In this document: piece by piece, positions 37,105-50,851 of the stretch
How the letters are laid out: each line of letters starts with the position of its first letter
Numbering within the stretch: the stretch's first letter is position 1
Origin: Eledone cirrhosa
Lineage: Eukaryota
Direction of reading: 5' to 3'
Assembly (NCBI GenBank): GCA_964016885.1
Contig: OZ024745.1
Coordinates: 20,026,001 to 20,090,000, forward strand
Length of the DNA: 64,000 nucleotides
Notes under the pieces: model-generated
Seen by the model: only the letters and a program-made list of their open reading frames with translations
Told to the model about the DNA's origin: nothing
The model's database searches: none
Made by a program: the position numbers and the translations under genes

Positions 37105-37505
37105 CATACATGTGTGGCTACACACAAACATACATGTGTGGCCACACACAAACATACATGTGTGGCTACACACAAACATACATGTGTGGCTACACACAAA
37201 CATACATGTGTGACCACACACAAACATACATGTGTGGCCACACACAAACATACATGTGTGGCCACACACACAAACATACATGTGTGGCCACACACACAAA
37301 CATACATGTGTGGCCACACACACAAACATACATGTGTGGCCACACACACAAACATACATGTGTGGCCACACACACAAACATACATGTGTGGCCACACACA
37401 CAAACATACATGTGTGGCCACACACAAACATACATGTGTGGCCACACACAAACATACATGTGTGGCCACACATAAACATACATGTGTGGCCACACACAAA
37501 CATAC
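37105..37505. repeat. 24/26-bp minisatellite, ~16 copies
   Basis: Unit catacatgtgtggccacacacaaa. Confidence 0.95.
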
Positions 37506-37509
37506 TATT

Positions 37510-37702
37510 CTTTTACATTACTCTATATATACTATTATATTTTTACTGTTAAGTCTTTACCTCACATAATATCGAATCTATGAGATTTTGAAAGTATTTA
37601 TTTTGAGAACAATACCTTAACATCAGTTTGAACAACCAGTTACAGCCAGTTTCAACAGAAAGAGGTAGAGAATTTTGGCCAGTTTGAACATTAAAGGGTC
37701 AA
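37510..37702. mobile_element. piggyBac-like MITE copy (opposite orientation to 6171)
   Basis: Reverse-complement match to 6171-6350; ends aacattaaagggtcaa. Confidence 0.75.
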
Positions 37703-37904
37703 AAGACTTTCAAGTAATTTGAAACCTGTTGTGTTTTACTGTATAAATTAGATCTAGTTGATGTTGGTAGTTAATAGTAAATATACTTAAGAGATGTGAT
37801 TATCAAGTCAGTTTAGTTTCAAGTGATATACAACAGTTTCATTTTGTCATTGTGATGTTGAGTGGTGTTTTTAAACGATCTATTTTAAAAATGTTAATTT
37901 TATT

Positions 37905-38216
37905 AGAAAATCAAGTGAGTATGTATCTAACATATGTGAGTGTGCAGGAGGAGAGAAGACTGCGTTGGTTTGGACATATGATGTGCATAGACAATGATCA
38001 TTAGGTGAAGAAGTACCGGGAAATGCCAGTTTTAAGGAAGCCACAGTTGAGGTAGACCAAGAAAGACCTGGGCAGCGGTTATGAGAGCTGACCTCAAATC
38101 ACTGTGACTCACAGTGGTGATGACAAAGATCACAACGTGTGGAGAGATGCCATGCTGAGAAAGGCCTGTCCAACCCATGCTTGCATGGAAAGCGGCTGTA
38201 AAAACGATGATGATGA
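37905..38216 (+). mobile_element. RTE 3' end fragment
   Basis: Peptides VQERRLRWFGHMM and GRPRKTW, then the tail and (gat)n. Confidence 0.75.
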
Positions 38217-39084
38217 GTGAAGATATTTAAAACCTCATTATTAAGTCATGCCAAAGATATATATTTACCTGTTATATTGACTGGTGTGATATAAATAGGG
38301 AGATAATGGGTCAGAGTTATTATTTGTGAAGATCTTTGAGCCAGCCTTTTCAGAGCAGACAAATTTTACACAGATAATGGAGATACTCAGTGTTTCTAGT
38401 TAGCGTTCCTCAGGTGAATAATGATGTCCTATTTGGAGTTCACTTATATATACACTGGGTTGGCTGTACCCTTATCATGCAAGCCATATATCAGCCAGTA
38501 GAAAAGTATAAAAATTCATATAGATTTTTTTTTTATATATGAGTATTCCTCTATAAATATGTCCATAAAAAATATTTGTTGACTCCTGTGGTAAAGTATA
38601 AATGCACAAAATTGTAAAAGTAAATTAATAGTAAATAGCATATTTTGCTTGTTTTAAGGAGGCTTTTTTCATTTGGAAATATATATAAAGAATTTAGAGC
38701 TAAAGTGGCTTAATTTTTGTAGATAAAGATTGAGGTATATCATATTTACTTGTATGTAAGTCACATGTTTCTGAACACATTCATTGATAAAAATCAGGTA
38801 TGCAACTTATATATGAGATTAAAGAAATCTTTGCAAGAAATTTCATCATTGTCACAACCAGCTGCTTATTGTAAATGTCAAACCATATGACTGCATATTA
38901 CATATGGGCACAACCATCTTGAATAAATTACCATACCTTTCAAAATAAAGGTCTTTTATTACATAATGGGTCATAGGGACGCTTTTCTGACACTGTGTTT
39001 TGTGCATGTTAGACCTGATGGAACCAATCCCTCTGCAGGTTGGGACACAGCCAATCCCTTCTTCTTTGAGAGAGAGAGAGGAGT

Positions 39085-39245
39085 AAACTGGGACCCTGTA
39101 CTAAACTGATAACTTTATTTATCAACCTGGAAAGGATGAAAGGCAAAATTGACCTCACTGGAATTTGAACTCAGAACACAGTAAGCCAGAACAAATTCTG
39201 AAACATTTCTAATTGGGTGCTTGACTAGCTCTGCCAATTTCTTAC
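39085..39245 (-). mobile_element. Degenerate Nin/Deu-domain SINE
   Basis: aaaggatgaaaggcaaaattgacctcactggaatttgaactcagaa on + strand. Confidence 0.65.
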
Positions 39246-40971
39246 CTTACTTTTCAAAATATGACAACTAAACCAGGAAAAATTATTCTAGGATTGGTCT
39301 TTTGATCGTGCTGTCCTGACAGTAAGCATGTTAAGTATGAGTTGGGAGGTAATTGATGAATTAAACAAAGATAATTGGTGAAAATGATGGAGGGGTGGTG
39401 GACAAAATTTGATGGTGTCATGTCTTGGAACATATTAGAGAGGAGGTGAGAAGCTAGATTGATACAATCTATTTGGGTGATTAGATGGTAAGTAATAAGC
39501 TAAACAGAAGATAATTGACCAACATGGGGGTGAGTGGGAGAGGTCTACTGCAGAATTTGAAAGAGACAAGTGAAGAGAAGGTAACACAGAAGGGGTGAAG
39601 GTCAAGAGAAAAAGGTTTGTTTGTAAAGTCTTGTTAAAGAGTAACATTTTAGCCCATGTCTAACATTGTCATAATGGCAACTACTGTTGTAAAGAGAAAA
39701 CAACCATCATACATTGTTTAACTTACCCCTGTCATTACCATATCTCCAATAGAAGACATTGTCTGTAATTTTGAAAATAATCTAGAATTTGGTGAGATTT
39801 AGTTATATAGCTAATTTTCCTACTATTATGTTGGTGTTTGGAATATAATTTAACAAAGACTATTACTGAAAATTATGATGGAAGGTTTTTAGTTATATAT
39901 AGACACTTTAAAATGATTTTTGTAATGTAGAACCAAGCAAATTCCCGGCAGTTTGGTAAGGAGTTAGGGTTAGTGTTTGGTATTAAAAGAGTTAAAGTAG
40001 TAAAATTTACTGAAGTTAAATGGTAACAGAGCTGCTAAGAGGTTTTTTTTTCTTTTCTATATCAGAGATTGGAGAAAAGCAAGAAGAATGTTTACTAGAA
40101 AATACCAAAAATTACATTTAGAGGGAAGCAGGGCCTATAGATGGGAGAGGGAACTGTTAAACTGAGTCACTGACCTGAAGAATAGTAATATTGTAACTCT
40201 GACAAAGATAATCACTTCCTTTGATATAATACTCTTTTCGGTCATGTATTATGTATGTAGTGTTTATTCCATTATATTTGTAATTTATTTTGTTAATAAA
40301 TGTGTTAAACATAGCGACTAATTGTCTAGCTCCACTAATAACAATAGATATATATTACATAATTTGATATGCTCTCTGGCCCTTCTAGTTTCATTTTCCA
40401 TTAAGATTTTTATTATAAAAGTTTTGTATCAACTTTTCCATGCAAAATATAGGATGTGACTTTTACATGAGTATTCACCATCCTCAGCATCATCATTAAT
40501 GTCATTTTCTCTGCTAGCAATGGATGGACAGGTCTACATTGACCATGTCAGTACTGAAGCAGGGCTACTGACCTCCCAGACAGGCCAAGGGGTCTGCATC
40601 TCACTTACGTATGGTCGTATTTTCTATCGAGTGCACAGGCGAGGTTGTCATGTCTTTCACACACCTGAAGGGTCCTCTCAACCCTTTGGCAAGCTTTCTA
40701 TGGCTGAGTGCCCTTTCTATTACCAACCACTTTACAGCTTGTATTGGGTGCTTTTATCATGTAGATCACAAACACTAGGGAGGTTGTCCTGTCCATGACA
40801 TGACAGCAGCCCACAACGAAATGCGATATCCTTATTCTCTTCAAGGCTACCTCCATGATCTTATTGGAATCACAACCTTGACCGTTCTTTGATTTTTTCA
40901 TGCATGGAAGTTTGGGGAAAACTTATTTCATACAGCATTCTTTTGAATATCATTATATAGAAACAATTATA

Positions 40972-41165
40972 TATAATAATGGTTTAAGATTTAGGCACAA
41001 GGCCAACAATTTTTGGGGAGAGGGGAGTTAATTAAAATTGACCTTAGTGTGTTAATGGTACTTTATTTTATGGCGAGATTTGAACTCAGAACATAAAGGG
41101 CCGTAACTCAATGCCACAATACATGTTGCCCGATGCTCTACCGATACTGCCAATTCACTGGCCTT
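40972..41165 (-). mobile_element. Nin/Deu-domain SINE with an internal deletion
   Basis: tttaggcacaaggcc..gatttgaactcagaa..ctctaccgatactgccaat on + strand. Confidence 0.75.
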
Positions 41166-41710
41166 ATCTAATAATGCAAATTTCTACTGAGATCGAGTAT
41201 TAATTTTAAATATACTTCAGTACTTAGGTAACATTAACTCTACTTAACTCTACTTATTCTAATATACATGGTTTAATTATCTCACTATTAAATCATTGGT
41301 TCTTCAATACTTCTAGTTTCTATAATAACTTTATGAAAGTTACCTTCATTGCTACCACATCTCTCTCTCTCTCCTGTATTTTTAATGTTTTTTATACTCA
41401 TTAGTATTGTCCAAAACATAATATTGAAATAAGATCAAAAGCATGGCAGAACAATAGAAATATATTGTTGGATGATTATTGTAATGTCAAAAACATACAC
41501 TGGTGTCTATAATGGTTGAAGATATGTTTATGAAGTGACTTGTCATTGTAGCTTTGTACAAAACATTATAAGAATATAAATAAAGAAAACAAAAAGAGAA
41601 ATAAAAGTTAAGATAAGCTGTATAGGCTAAACAGTACCATATGAACTGATCTAGCAGGGTATTTAGCTCGATATGGTTTCTAGTGTCGTAATCAGATTTC
41701 AACATTTCAT

Positions 41711-44700
41711 TTAACTCTTTCATTACCATATTTCTAATGAAAGACACTGTCTATGTCATTAACTCTTTCATTACCATATTTCTAATGAAAGACACTGCCT
41801 ATGTCTTTAACCCTTTCATTACCATATTTCTAATGAAAGACACTGTCTATGTCATTAACCCTTTCATTACCATATTTCTAATGAAAGACACTGTCTATGT
41901 CATTAACCCTTACATTACCATATTTCTAATGAAAGACACTGTCTATGTCTTTAACCCTTATATTACCATATTTCTAATGAAAGACACTGCCTATGTCATT
42001 AACCCTTACATTACCATATTTCTAATGAAAGACACTGCCTATGTCATTAACCCTTATATTACCATATTTCTAATGAAAGACACTGCCTATGTCATTAACC
42101 CTTACATTAACATATTTCTAATGAAAGACACTGCCTATGTCATTAACCCTTATATTACCATATTTCTAATGAAAGACACTGTCTATGTCATTAACCCTTA
42201 CATTACCATATTTCTAATGAAAGACACTGCCTATGTCATTAACCCTTACATTACCATATTTCTAATGAAAGACACTGCCTATGTCATTAACCCTTACATT
42301 ACCATATTTCTAATGAAAGACACTGCCTATGTCTTTAATCCTTATATTACCATATTTCTAATGAAAGACACTGCCTATGTCATTAACCCTTATATTACCA
42401 TATTTCTAATGAAAGACACTGTCTATGTCATTAACCCTTACATTACCATATTTCTAATGAAAGACACTGCCTATGTCTTTAATCCTTATATTACCATATT
42501 TCTAATGAAAGACACTGCCTATGTCATTAACCCTTATATTACCATATTTCTAATGAAAGACACTGTCTATGTCATTAACCCTTACATTACCATATTTCTA
42601 ATGAAAGACACCGCCTATGTCTTTAATCCTTATATTACCATATTTCTAATGAAAGACACTGCCTATGTCATTAACCCTTATATTACCATATTTCTAATGA
42701 AAGACACTGTCTATGTCATTAACCCTTACATTACCATATTTCTAATGAAAGACACTACCTATGTCATTAACCCTTACATTACCATATTTCTAATGAAAGA
42801 CACTGCCTATGTCATTAACCCTTATATTACCATATTTCTAATGAAAGACACTGTCTATGTCATTAACCCTTACATTACCATATTTCTAATGAAAGACACT
42901 GCCTATGTCTTTAATCCTTATATTACCATATTTCTAATGAAAGACACTGCCTATGTCATTAACCCTTATATTACCATATTTCTAATGAAAGACACTGTCT
43001 ATGTCATTAACCCTTACATTACCATATTTCTAATGAAAGACACTGCCTATGTCTTTAATCCTTATATTACCATATTTCTAATGAAAGACACTGCCTATGT
43101 CATTAACCCTTATATTACCATATTTCTAATGAAAGACACTGTCTATGTCATTAACCCTTACATTACCATATTTCTAATGAAAGACACTGCCTATGTCTTT
43201 AATCCTTATATTACCATATTTCTAATGAAAGACACTGCCTATGTCATTAACCCTTATATTACCATATTTCTAATGAAAGACACTGTCTATGTCATTAACC
43301 CTTACATTACCATATTTCTAATGAAAGACACTACCTATGTCATTAACCCTTACATTACCATATTTCTAATGAAAGACACTGCCTATGTCATTAACCCTTA
43401 TATTACCATATTTCTAATGAAAGACACTGTCTATGTCATTAACCCTTACATTACCATATTTCTAATGAAAGACACTGCCTATGTCTTTAATCCTTATATT
43501 ACCATATTTCTAATGAAAGACACTGCCTATGTCTTTAATCCTTATATTACCATATTTCTAATGAAAGACACTGCCTATGTCATTAACCCTTACATTACCA
43601 TATTTCTAATGAAAGACACTGCCTATGTCTTTAACCCTTTCATTACCATATTTCTAAGGAAAGACACTGCCTATGTCTTTAACCCTTACATTACCATATT
43701 TCTAATGAAAGACACTGCCTATGTCATTAACCCTTACATTACCATATTTCTAATGAAAGACACTGCCTATGTCTTTAATCCTTATATTACCATATTTCTA
43801 ATGAAAGACACTGCCTATGTCTTTAATCCTTATATTACCATATTTCTAATGAAAGACACTGCCTATGTCTTTAATCCTTATATTACCATATTTCTAATGA
43901 AAGACACTGCCTATGTCTTTAATCCTTATATTACCATATTTCTAATGAAGGACACTGCCTATGTCATTAACCCTTACATTACCATATTTCTAATGAAAGA
44001 CACTGCCTATGTCATTAACCCTTACATTACCATATTTCTAAGGAAAGACACTCTATGTCTTTAACCCTTTCATTACCATATTTCTAATGAAAGACACTGC
44101 CTATGTCTTTAATCCTTATATTACCATATTTCTAATGAAAGACACTGCCTATGTCATTAACCCTTACATTACCATATCTCTAATGAAAGACACTGCCTAT
44201 GTCTTTAATCCTTATATTACCATATTTCTAATGAAAAACACTGCCTATGTCATTAACCCTTACATTACCATATTTCTAATGAAAGACACTGCCTATGTCA
44301 ATGTCATTAACCCTTACATTACCATATTTCTAATGAAAGACACTACCTATGTCATTAACCCTTACATTACCATATTTCTAATGAAAGACACTGCCTATGT
44401 CTTTAACCCTTACATTACCATATTTCTAATGAAAGACACTGCCTATGTCATTAACCCTTTCATTACCATATTTCTAAGGAAAGACACTGCCTATGTCATT
44501 AACCCTTATATTACCATATTTCTAATGAAAGACACTGCCTATGTCATTAACCCTTACATTACCATATTTCTAATGAAAGACACTGCCTATGTCATTAACC
44601 CTTTCATTACCATATTTCTAAGGAAAGACACTGCCTATGTCATTAACCCTTATATTACCATATTTCTAATGAAAGACACTGCCTATGTCATTAACCCTTA

Positions 44701-47002
44701 CATTACCATATTTCTAATGAAAGACACTGCCTATGTCATTAACCCTTACATTACCATATTTCTAATGAAAGACACTGCCTATGTCATTAACCCTTACATT
44801 ACCATATTTCTAAGGAAAGACACTGCCTATGTCATTAACCCTTATATTACCATATTTCTAATGAAAGACACTGCCTATGTCATTAACCCTTACATTACCA
44901 TATTTCTAAGGAAAGACACTGCCTATGTCATTAACCCTTTCATTACCATATTTCTAATGAAAGACACTGCCTATGCCTTTAATCCTTATATTACCATATT
45001 TCTAATGAAAGACACTGCCTATGTCATTAACCCTTATATTACCATATTTCTAATGAAAGACACTGTCTATGTCATTAACCCTTACATTACCGTATTTCTA
45101 ATGAAAGACACTGCCTATGTCTTTAATCCTTATATTACCATATTTCTAATGAAAGACACTGCCTATGTCATTAACCCTTATATTACCATATTTCTAATGA
45201 AAGACACTGTCTATGTCATTAACCCTTACATTACCATATTTCTAATGAAAGACACTGCCTATGTCTTTAATCCTTATATTACCATATTTCTAATGAAAGA
45301 CACTGCCTATGTCATTAACCCTTATATTACCATATTTCTAATGAAAGACACTGTCTATGTCATTAACCCTTACATTACCATATTTCTAATGAAAGACACT
45401 ACCTATGTCATTAACCCTTACATTACCATATTTCTAATGAAAGACACTGCCTATGTCATTAACCCTTATATTACCATATTTCTAATGAAAGACACTGCCT
45501 ATGTCTTTAACCCTTTCATTACCATATTTCTAAGGAAAGACACTGCCTATGTCTTTAACCCTTACATTACCATATTTCTAATGAAAGACACTGCCTATGT
45601 CATTAACCCTTACATTACCATATTTCTAATGAAAGACACTGCCTATGTCTTTAATCCTTATATTACCATATTTCTAATGAAAGACACTGCCTATGTCTTT
45701 AATCCTTATATTACCATATTTCTAATGAAAGACACTGCCTATGTCTTTAATCCTTATATTACCATATTTCTAATGAAAGACACTGCCTATGTCTTTAATC
45801 CTTATATTACCATATTTCTAATGAAAGACACTGCCTATGTCATTAACCCTTACATTACCATATTTCTAATGAAAGACACTGCCTATGTCATTAACCCTTA
45901 CATTACCATATTTCTAAGGAAAGACACTGTCTATGTCTTTAACCCTTTCATTACCATATTTCTAATGAAAGACACTGCCTATGTCTTTAATCCTTATATT
46001 ACCATATTTCTAATGAAAGACACTGCCTATGTCATTAACCCTTACATTACCATATCTCTAATGAAAGACACTGCCTATGTCTTTAATCCTTATATTACCA
46101 TATTTCTAATGAAAAACACTGCCTATGTCATTAACCCTTACATTACCATATTTCTAATGAAAGACACTGCCTATGTCAATGTCATTAACCCTTACATTAC
46201 CATATTTCTAATGAAAGACACTACCTATGTCATTAACCCTTACATTACCATATTTCTAATGAAAGACACTGCCTATGTCTTTAACCCTTACATTACCATA
46301 TTTCTAATGAAAGACACTGCCTATGTCATTAACCCTTTCATTACCATATTTCTAAGGAAAGACACTGCCTATGTCATTAACCCTTATATTACCATATTTC
46401 TAATGAAAGACACTGCCTATGTCATTAACCCTTACATTACCATATTTCTAATGAAAGACACTGCCTATGTCATTAACCCTTTCATTACCATATTTCTAAG
46501 GAAAGACACTGCCTATGTCATTAACCCTTATATTACCATATTTCTAATGAAAGACACTGCCTATGTCATTAACCCTTACATTACCATATTTCTAATGAAA
46601 GACACTGCCTATGTCATTAACCCTTACATTACCATATTTCTAATGAAAGACACTGCCTATGTCATTAACCCTTACATTACCATATTTCTAAGGAAAGACA
46701 CTGCCTATGTCATTAACCCTTATATTACCATATTTCTAATGAAAGACACTGCCTATGTCATTAACCCTTACATTACCATATTTCTAAGGAAAGACACTGC
46801 CTATGTCATTAACCCTTTCATTACCATATTTCTAAGGAAAGACACTGCCTATGTCATTAACCCTTATATTACCATATTTCTAATGAAAGACACTGTCTAT
46901 GTCATTAACCCTTACATTACCATATTTCTAATGAAAGACACTGCCTATGTCATTAACCCTTACATTACCATATTTCTAAGGAAAGACACTGCCTATGTCA
47001 TT
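41711..47002. repeat. 48-bp minisatellite, ~110 copies, with a 1878-bp higher-order duplication
   Basis: Unit ttaacccttacattaccatatttctaatgaaagacactgcctatgtca. Confidence 0.97.
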
Positions 47003-47232
47003 CTGTACTTTCTGTCTTCTCAATTTTACCCATAATACTTGGATTGACCTGAACCTATGGTTGAATACACTTGTCCAACGTTCTGCATAGTGAGATCAAA
47101 TTTAGGACCCTTAATCACGTGACCATGCCTGTAGGCATAAACAACATATACTTCTGTAATACCCCCCTCAACATCTTGAAACTATGATTTCTAGCATTTT
47201 GATTGATACATCTTATTCTGTATAATATCCTA

Positions 47233-47428
47233 CAAGGGTTGGCTGAAAAGTTCATAGGCTGACCAAGATACTCTCATGGAATGACCAAATGAGGTTTATT
47301 GTTTAATATAGTTCCTGGAAAGAAACAATGCAGTTATTAATAAGAAAAGTTGAAATTAATGCATGCAAGATTCCACAGCTCTAGCATCACCCCTTCATAT
47401 TCAGCCCATGAACTTTTCAGCCGACTCA
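47233..47428. mobile_element. Mariner-type MITE, family M1
   Basis: TA-CAAGGGTTGGCTGAAAAGTTCATAGGCTGAC ... ATGAACTTTTCAGCCGACTCA-TA. Confidence 0.85.
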
Positions 47429-47517
47429 TAAGTTAAAGATTATTTTAATTACATAAATTATTTTTATACAATTGTTTTTTTTTTGTTTTTAAATAAATTA
47501 TTTTACCTGTTTTTCAG

Positions 47518-47752
47518 ATTAATCGTGTAGAATATGTTCATTCCAAACACCTAATATACAGAGATGTTAAGCCAGAGAATTTTTTAATTGGAAGACAGTC
47601 AACAAAGAAGCAAAATATCATACATATTATAGACTTTGGTCTAGCAAAGGAATACGTTGATGCTGAAACACATAAACACATACCCTATCGAGACCATAAA
47701 AGTTTAACAGGAACAGCTCGCTATATGAGCATAAATACACATTTGGGAAAAG
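47518..47752 (+). CDS. CSNK1G: Casein kinase I gamma, internal coding exon (catalytic loop, DFG, activation segment)
   Basis: ttttcag acceptor and GTAAGG donor (phase 1), 235 bp. Encodes [78 protein letters not shown]; YRDVKPEN and YMSINTH are typical of CK1 gamma. Missed by the ORF track. Confidence 0.97.
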
Positions 47753-47954
47753 GTAAGGAAAATATTGTCAGTTTTATTTGGTAAAAAATATCAAATTATT
47801 ACACAATATCATCAGAATATTACATCATATAAAGCATTTTTGTTTTAATCACAATTGAAAATACTTCATGAGAGATATTTCTAGATTTGCGTATAACCAT
47901 TTCTAGAAACATATTTTTGTTTTGTCCTATAATATGTGTGATCTATAGACTCAT

Positions 47955-48290
47955 TCATCATCATCATCACTGTTTAATGTCTGTTTTCCTTGCTAGCATG
48001 TGTTAGACAAGTTGTTCTGTTGTGAGACAAGTCAGATCAGTTGACCATGTCTTGATCATACAGAACTGTTTCTGGCTTAGTTTCTATGGCTGATGCCTTT
48101 TCTAACATCCACCACATTTGCAGCATGTACTGGGTATTTTTTGTCATGTCACCAACACGACTATTTTAAAGGGTGGGCTGGGTGCTTTTTGTTGTGGCAC
48201 CAACATGACCATCTTAGAGGGTGGATTGGGTGCTTTTTGTCGTGGCACCAAAGCAACCACTGACAGGGTGAACTAGGTGGTTTTTCATCA
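47955..48290 (-). mobile_element. RTE 3' UTR/tail copy with degenerate internal tandem units
   Basis: (cat)n, reverse-complement tail, repeated gggtgctttttgt..gtggcacca. Confidence 0.7.
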
Positions 48291-48717
48291 TTGTTCTTGA
48301 TAAATCATAGAACGGTTGTACCGTTAGCTATTGAAGAGGGAAAATAATTCAGTGTTTGAGAAATTGTTAATGACTATTTTCATTACTTTTGAAGTGTTAA
48401 TAGATTGGCTTGTTACCAATTATTTGGCCTTCATTGATACCGATTAATCAGCCACTGATTATTGATACTCTCATTAGGTATTCTTATATAAAATATGCAT
48501 ATTATAATTGATTTTAAGTAATATTTTATAATCTTTCATAATTAATGAGGATTATGAAGATTCTTTATGAAAGTAGATGATGATGACAAAATTAGGCTGA
48601 TTTTACTGTAGGATGTAATATATAGGAGCCTGCAAAGCCTCCAAGAAATTGGTTATGCTCTGAAAATAGAGTTTTGAGGTTTTATGTTATAATTTACAAG
48701 TTCCTAAATATGATTAT

Positions 48718-48985
48718 TCTAGTCTAAAGCCTGCCTCGAGCCTGGAGGCTCAGCAATTTGGTGCTTATCCCCTTTTCTGTGGCGTGAAGCGACTGAGAGT
48801 ACAAGACTTCTTCCTGGGCAGGATGCCAGTCCATCGCAGGGTTAAACCCCCAACTATTGCTGGTTCTTATTTTCAGCTGAGTATACTGGAGCAATGTGAA
48901 ATAAAGTGCTTTTGCTCAAGAACACAGCACACAACCCAGTCCAGGAATTGAACTCATAACATTATGATTGTAAATCCAATGCCTT
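48718..48985 (-). mobile_element. Meta/MESC-like tRNA SINE
   Basis: The reverse complement has ccctgcgatggactggcatcc..cagtcgcttcacgccacagaaa; second copy at 56858-57140. Superfamily assignment is from recall, not from an alignment. Confidence 0.65.
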
Positions 48986-49889
48986 TAAGAGATATAGAGG
49001 AAGAATCAACTCCAGTACTAGGCTCATACTTTTTTATCGACCTCAATAATGTGAAAGCCAAAGTTGACCTCACTTATAGTATGACTCAAATGTTCTCTGT
49101 ACAATGTCTAGAAAAAGATCTAATTTTGAATAATAGGTCAGAGTTTTTCTCTTGGCATACTGGTTTGTTGTTTGTATCATGTATGTGAAAAAAACTAAGT
49201 TTCCAAAATTACATAGTTACTGAAGTCTTCAGTCATTTGTGATAGCCAGTATTCTCTGAAAGGCCATTATTATGTTTATTTCAATAATCGTCCCAATTTC
49301 ATCCAGGCATGTATCAAGTTCATATTCTGTCCTTTTCACATTGTTCATGTTTTGTATAGTAATTGATTTTTTTCAATGTAAACATCCGTAAAAGTTAACA
49401 ATTGATAAGCAAAAAGAAATAGTGAGTAAGATAAAACATAATAAGACGACTGATTAAATCCTGTTCCTTCTGAAAAAATTTAGAAGAAGAAGAAGAAGAA
49501 GAAGTTTTCTTTCTTCTTCTTCTTTTAAATTTACACTCCATTCTGTTTCTGTAATTGATTCTACATTGCTATCAATATTACTGTCTGAGTCAATACCACT
49601 GTTAGATGAAAAGAGATCTGATTTATAGTCAAACCATGCTATGATTTTTGTATTTTACTTGTTGAAACTGTTTCTCTTTTGAAAAATCCTTCACAGATGT
49701 CTGTATTTGCCAGTACTAGTATCCATATAAAATGGGAGCAATATTGTATTAATAATATAGGTGGTCGTGGTGGTGGGGTATATTCAGAGAACACAAAATA
49801 TAGATTGCAATGATGTCAGCTTGTGTAACAGAAACTCTAACATATTGAAATCTCATATTATCGCTCATGTGTTAAGGAGAGAGATATAT

Positions 49890-50042
49890 TTGGTATTATA
49901 TCGAGTCTATGAGATTTTGATATTACTTATTTTGAGAACAGTTCTTTGACATCAGTATGAACAGCTGGCTACAGCCGGTCTGAACAGAAAGAGGTGAGAG
50001 AATTCTGGGCGGATATGGCCAGTTTAAATGCTAAAGGGTTAA
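49890..50042. mobile_element. piggyBac-like MITE, partial
   Basis: Ends ggccagtttaaatgctaaagggttaa; internal match to 37565-37700. Confidence 0.7.
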
Positions 50043-50851
50043 AAGAAGAAAATATGAATTGATTCAGTAAAAGTTGGCTTTTTAGTCCTCCAAACATTCA
50101 ATATTGCTTTTCATACTTCAGGTGTTTACATTTTACTGAGTCAGTAAAGTGGTTGGTGATAGGAAGGACATCCAGCTGTAGTATACTTGCCAAACAAAGG
50201 GCTGAGAGGACTCTTCAGCTGTGTCAAAGACATGGTAACTTTTTTTAGTGCACCTTGCCATGATAAAATGCACTCCATAGAGTGCAGGAACATATGTAAG
50301 CAAGATGCTGGCTGCTGATACATCTGAACAATTGGGAGAGTACAGGAACATATGTAAACAAGATGCTGTCCACTGACTGTTTGAACACTCAATAGAGTAC
50401 AGGAATGTATGTAAACAAGAGCCCCCCCCCCCCCATCTGAGAGGCCAGTTGCTTCACTTGAGTACTGATTTTTATAAGTGATAATCCATGTAAATGTTGC
50501 TAGCAGGGAGAATGAATGGTAAATGAAGATGATGATGATGAATTCTTGCTGAAGATAGTCCACCATTGATAGTCCACCCCTTGAATTCCAGTAATTATAT
50601 TTTGGTATGTTAATTAAGTCGCAAACTTTTAAATGTGTTAAATGGTGGCCTAACTTTCAAATTGCTTTCAAAACTTTTGGCACAGTCTGTATATATTGAC
50701 TAAGCTTCAACAATGTAGTGGAAAACTATTGCTTAAAAAATGTATACCTTACATTTTTTATCAATAATTCTTTACATAAAAGAACCTTAGCTGAACCCTT
50801 TCTTATAATTAGTTTCTTTCCTTTTTTTTTTTTGATGTTGAAAATATTAGA

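Larger units (their letters stand above)
21707..47517 (+). other. CSNK1G: 25.8-kb phase-0 GT-AG intron of CK1 gamma
   Basis: IQL|INRVEY joins with no gap relative to the CK1 family sequence. Confidence 0.9.

Noticed and set aside
36967-37569. His/Cys-rich overlapping ORFs
   Set aside because: Products of the 24/26-bp palindromic minisatellite, open in nearly all frames.
41737-47035. 775-aa and 982-aa ORFs (MKDTAYVINPYITIFL)n
   Set aside because: Translation of a 48-bp intronic array; broken by a 2-bp deletion near 44050; variants show no synonymous bias; monomer resembles a transposon end.
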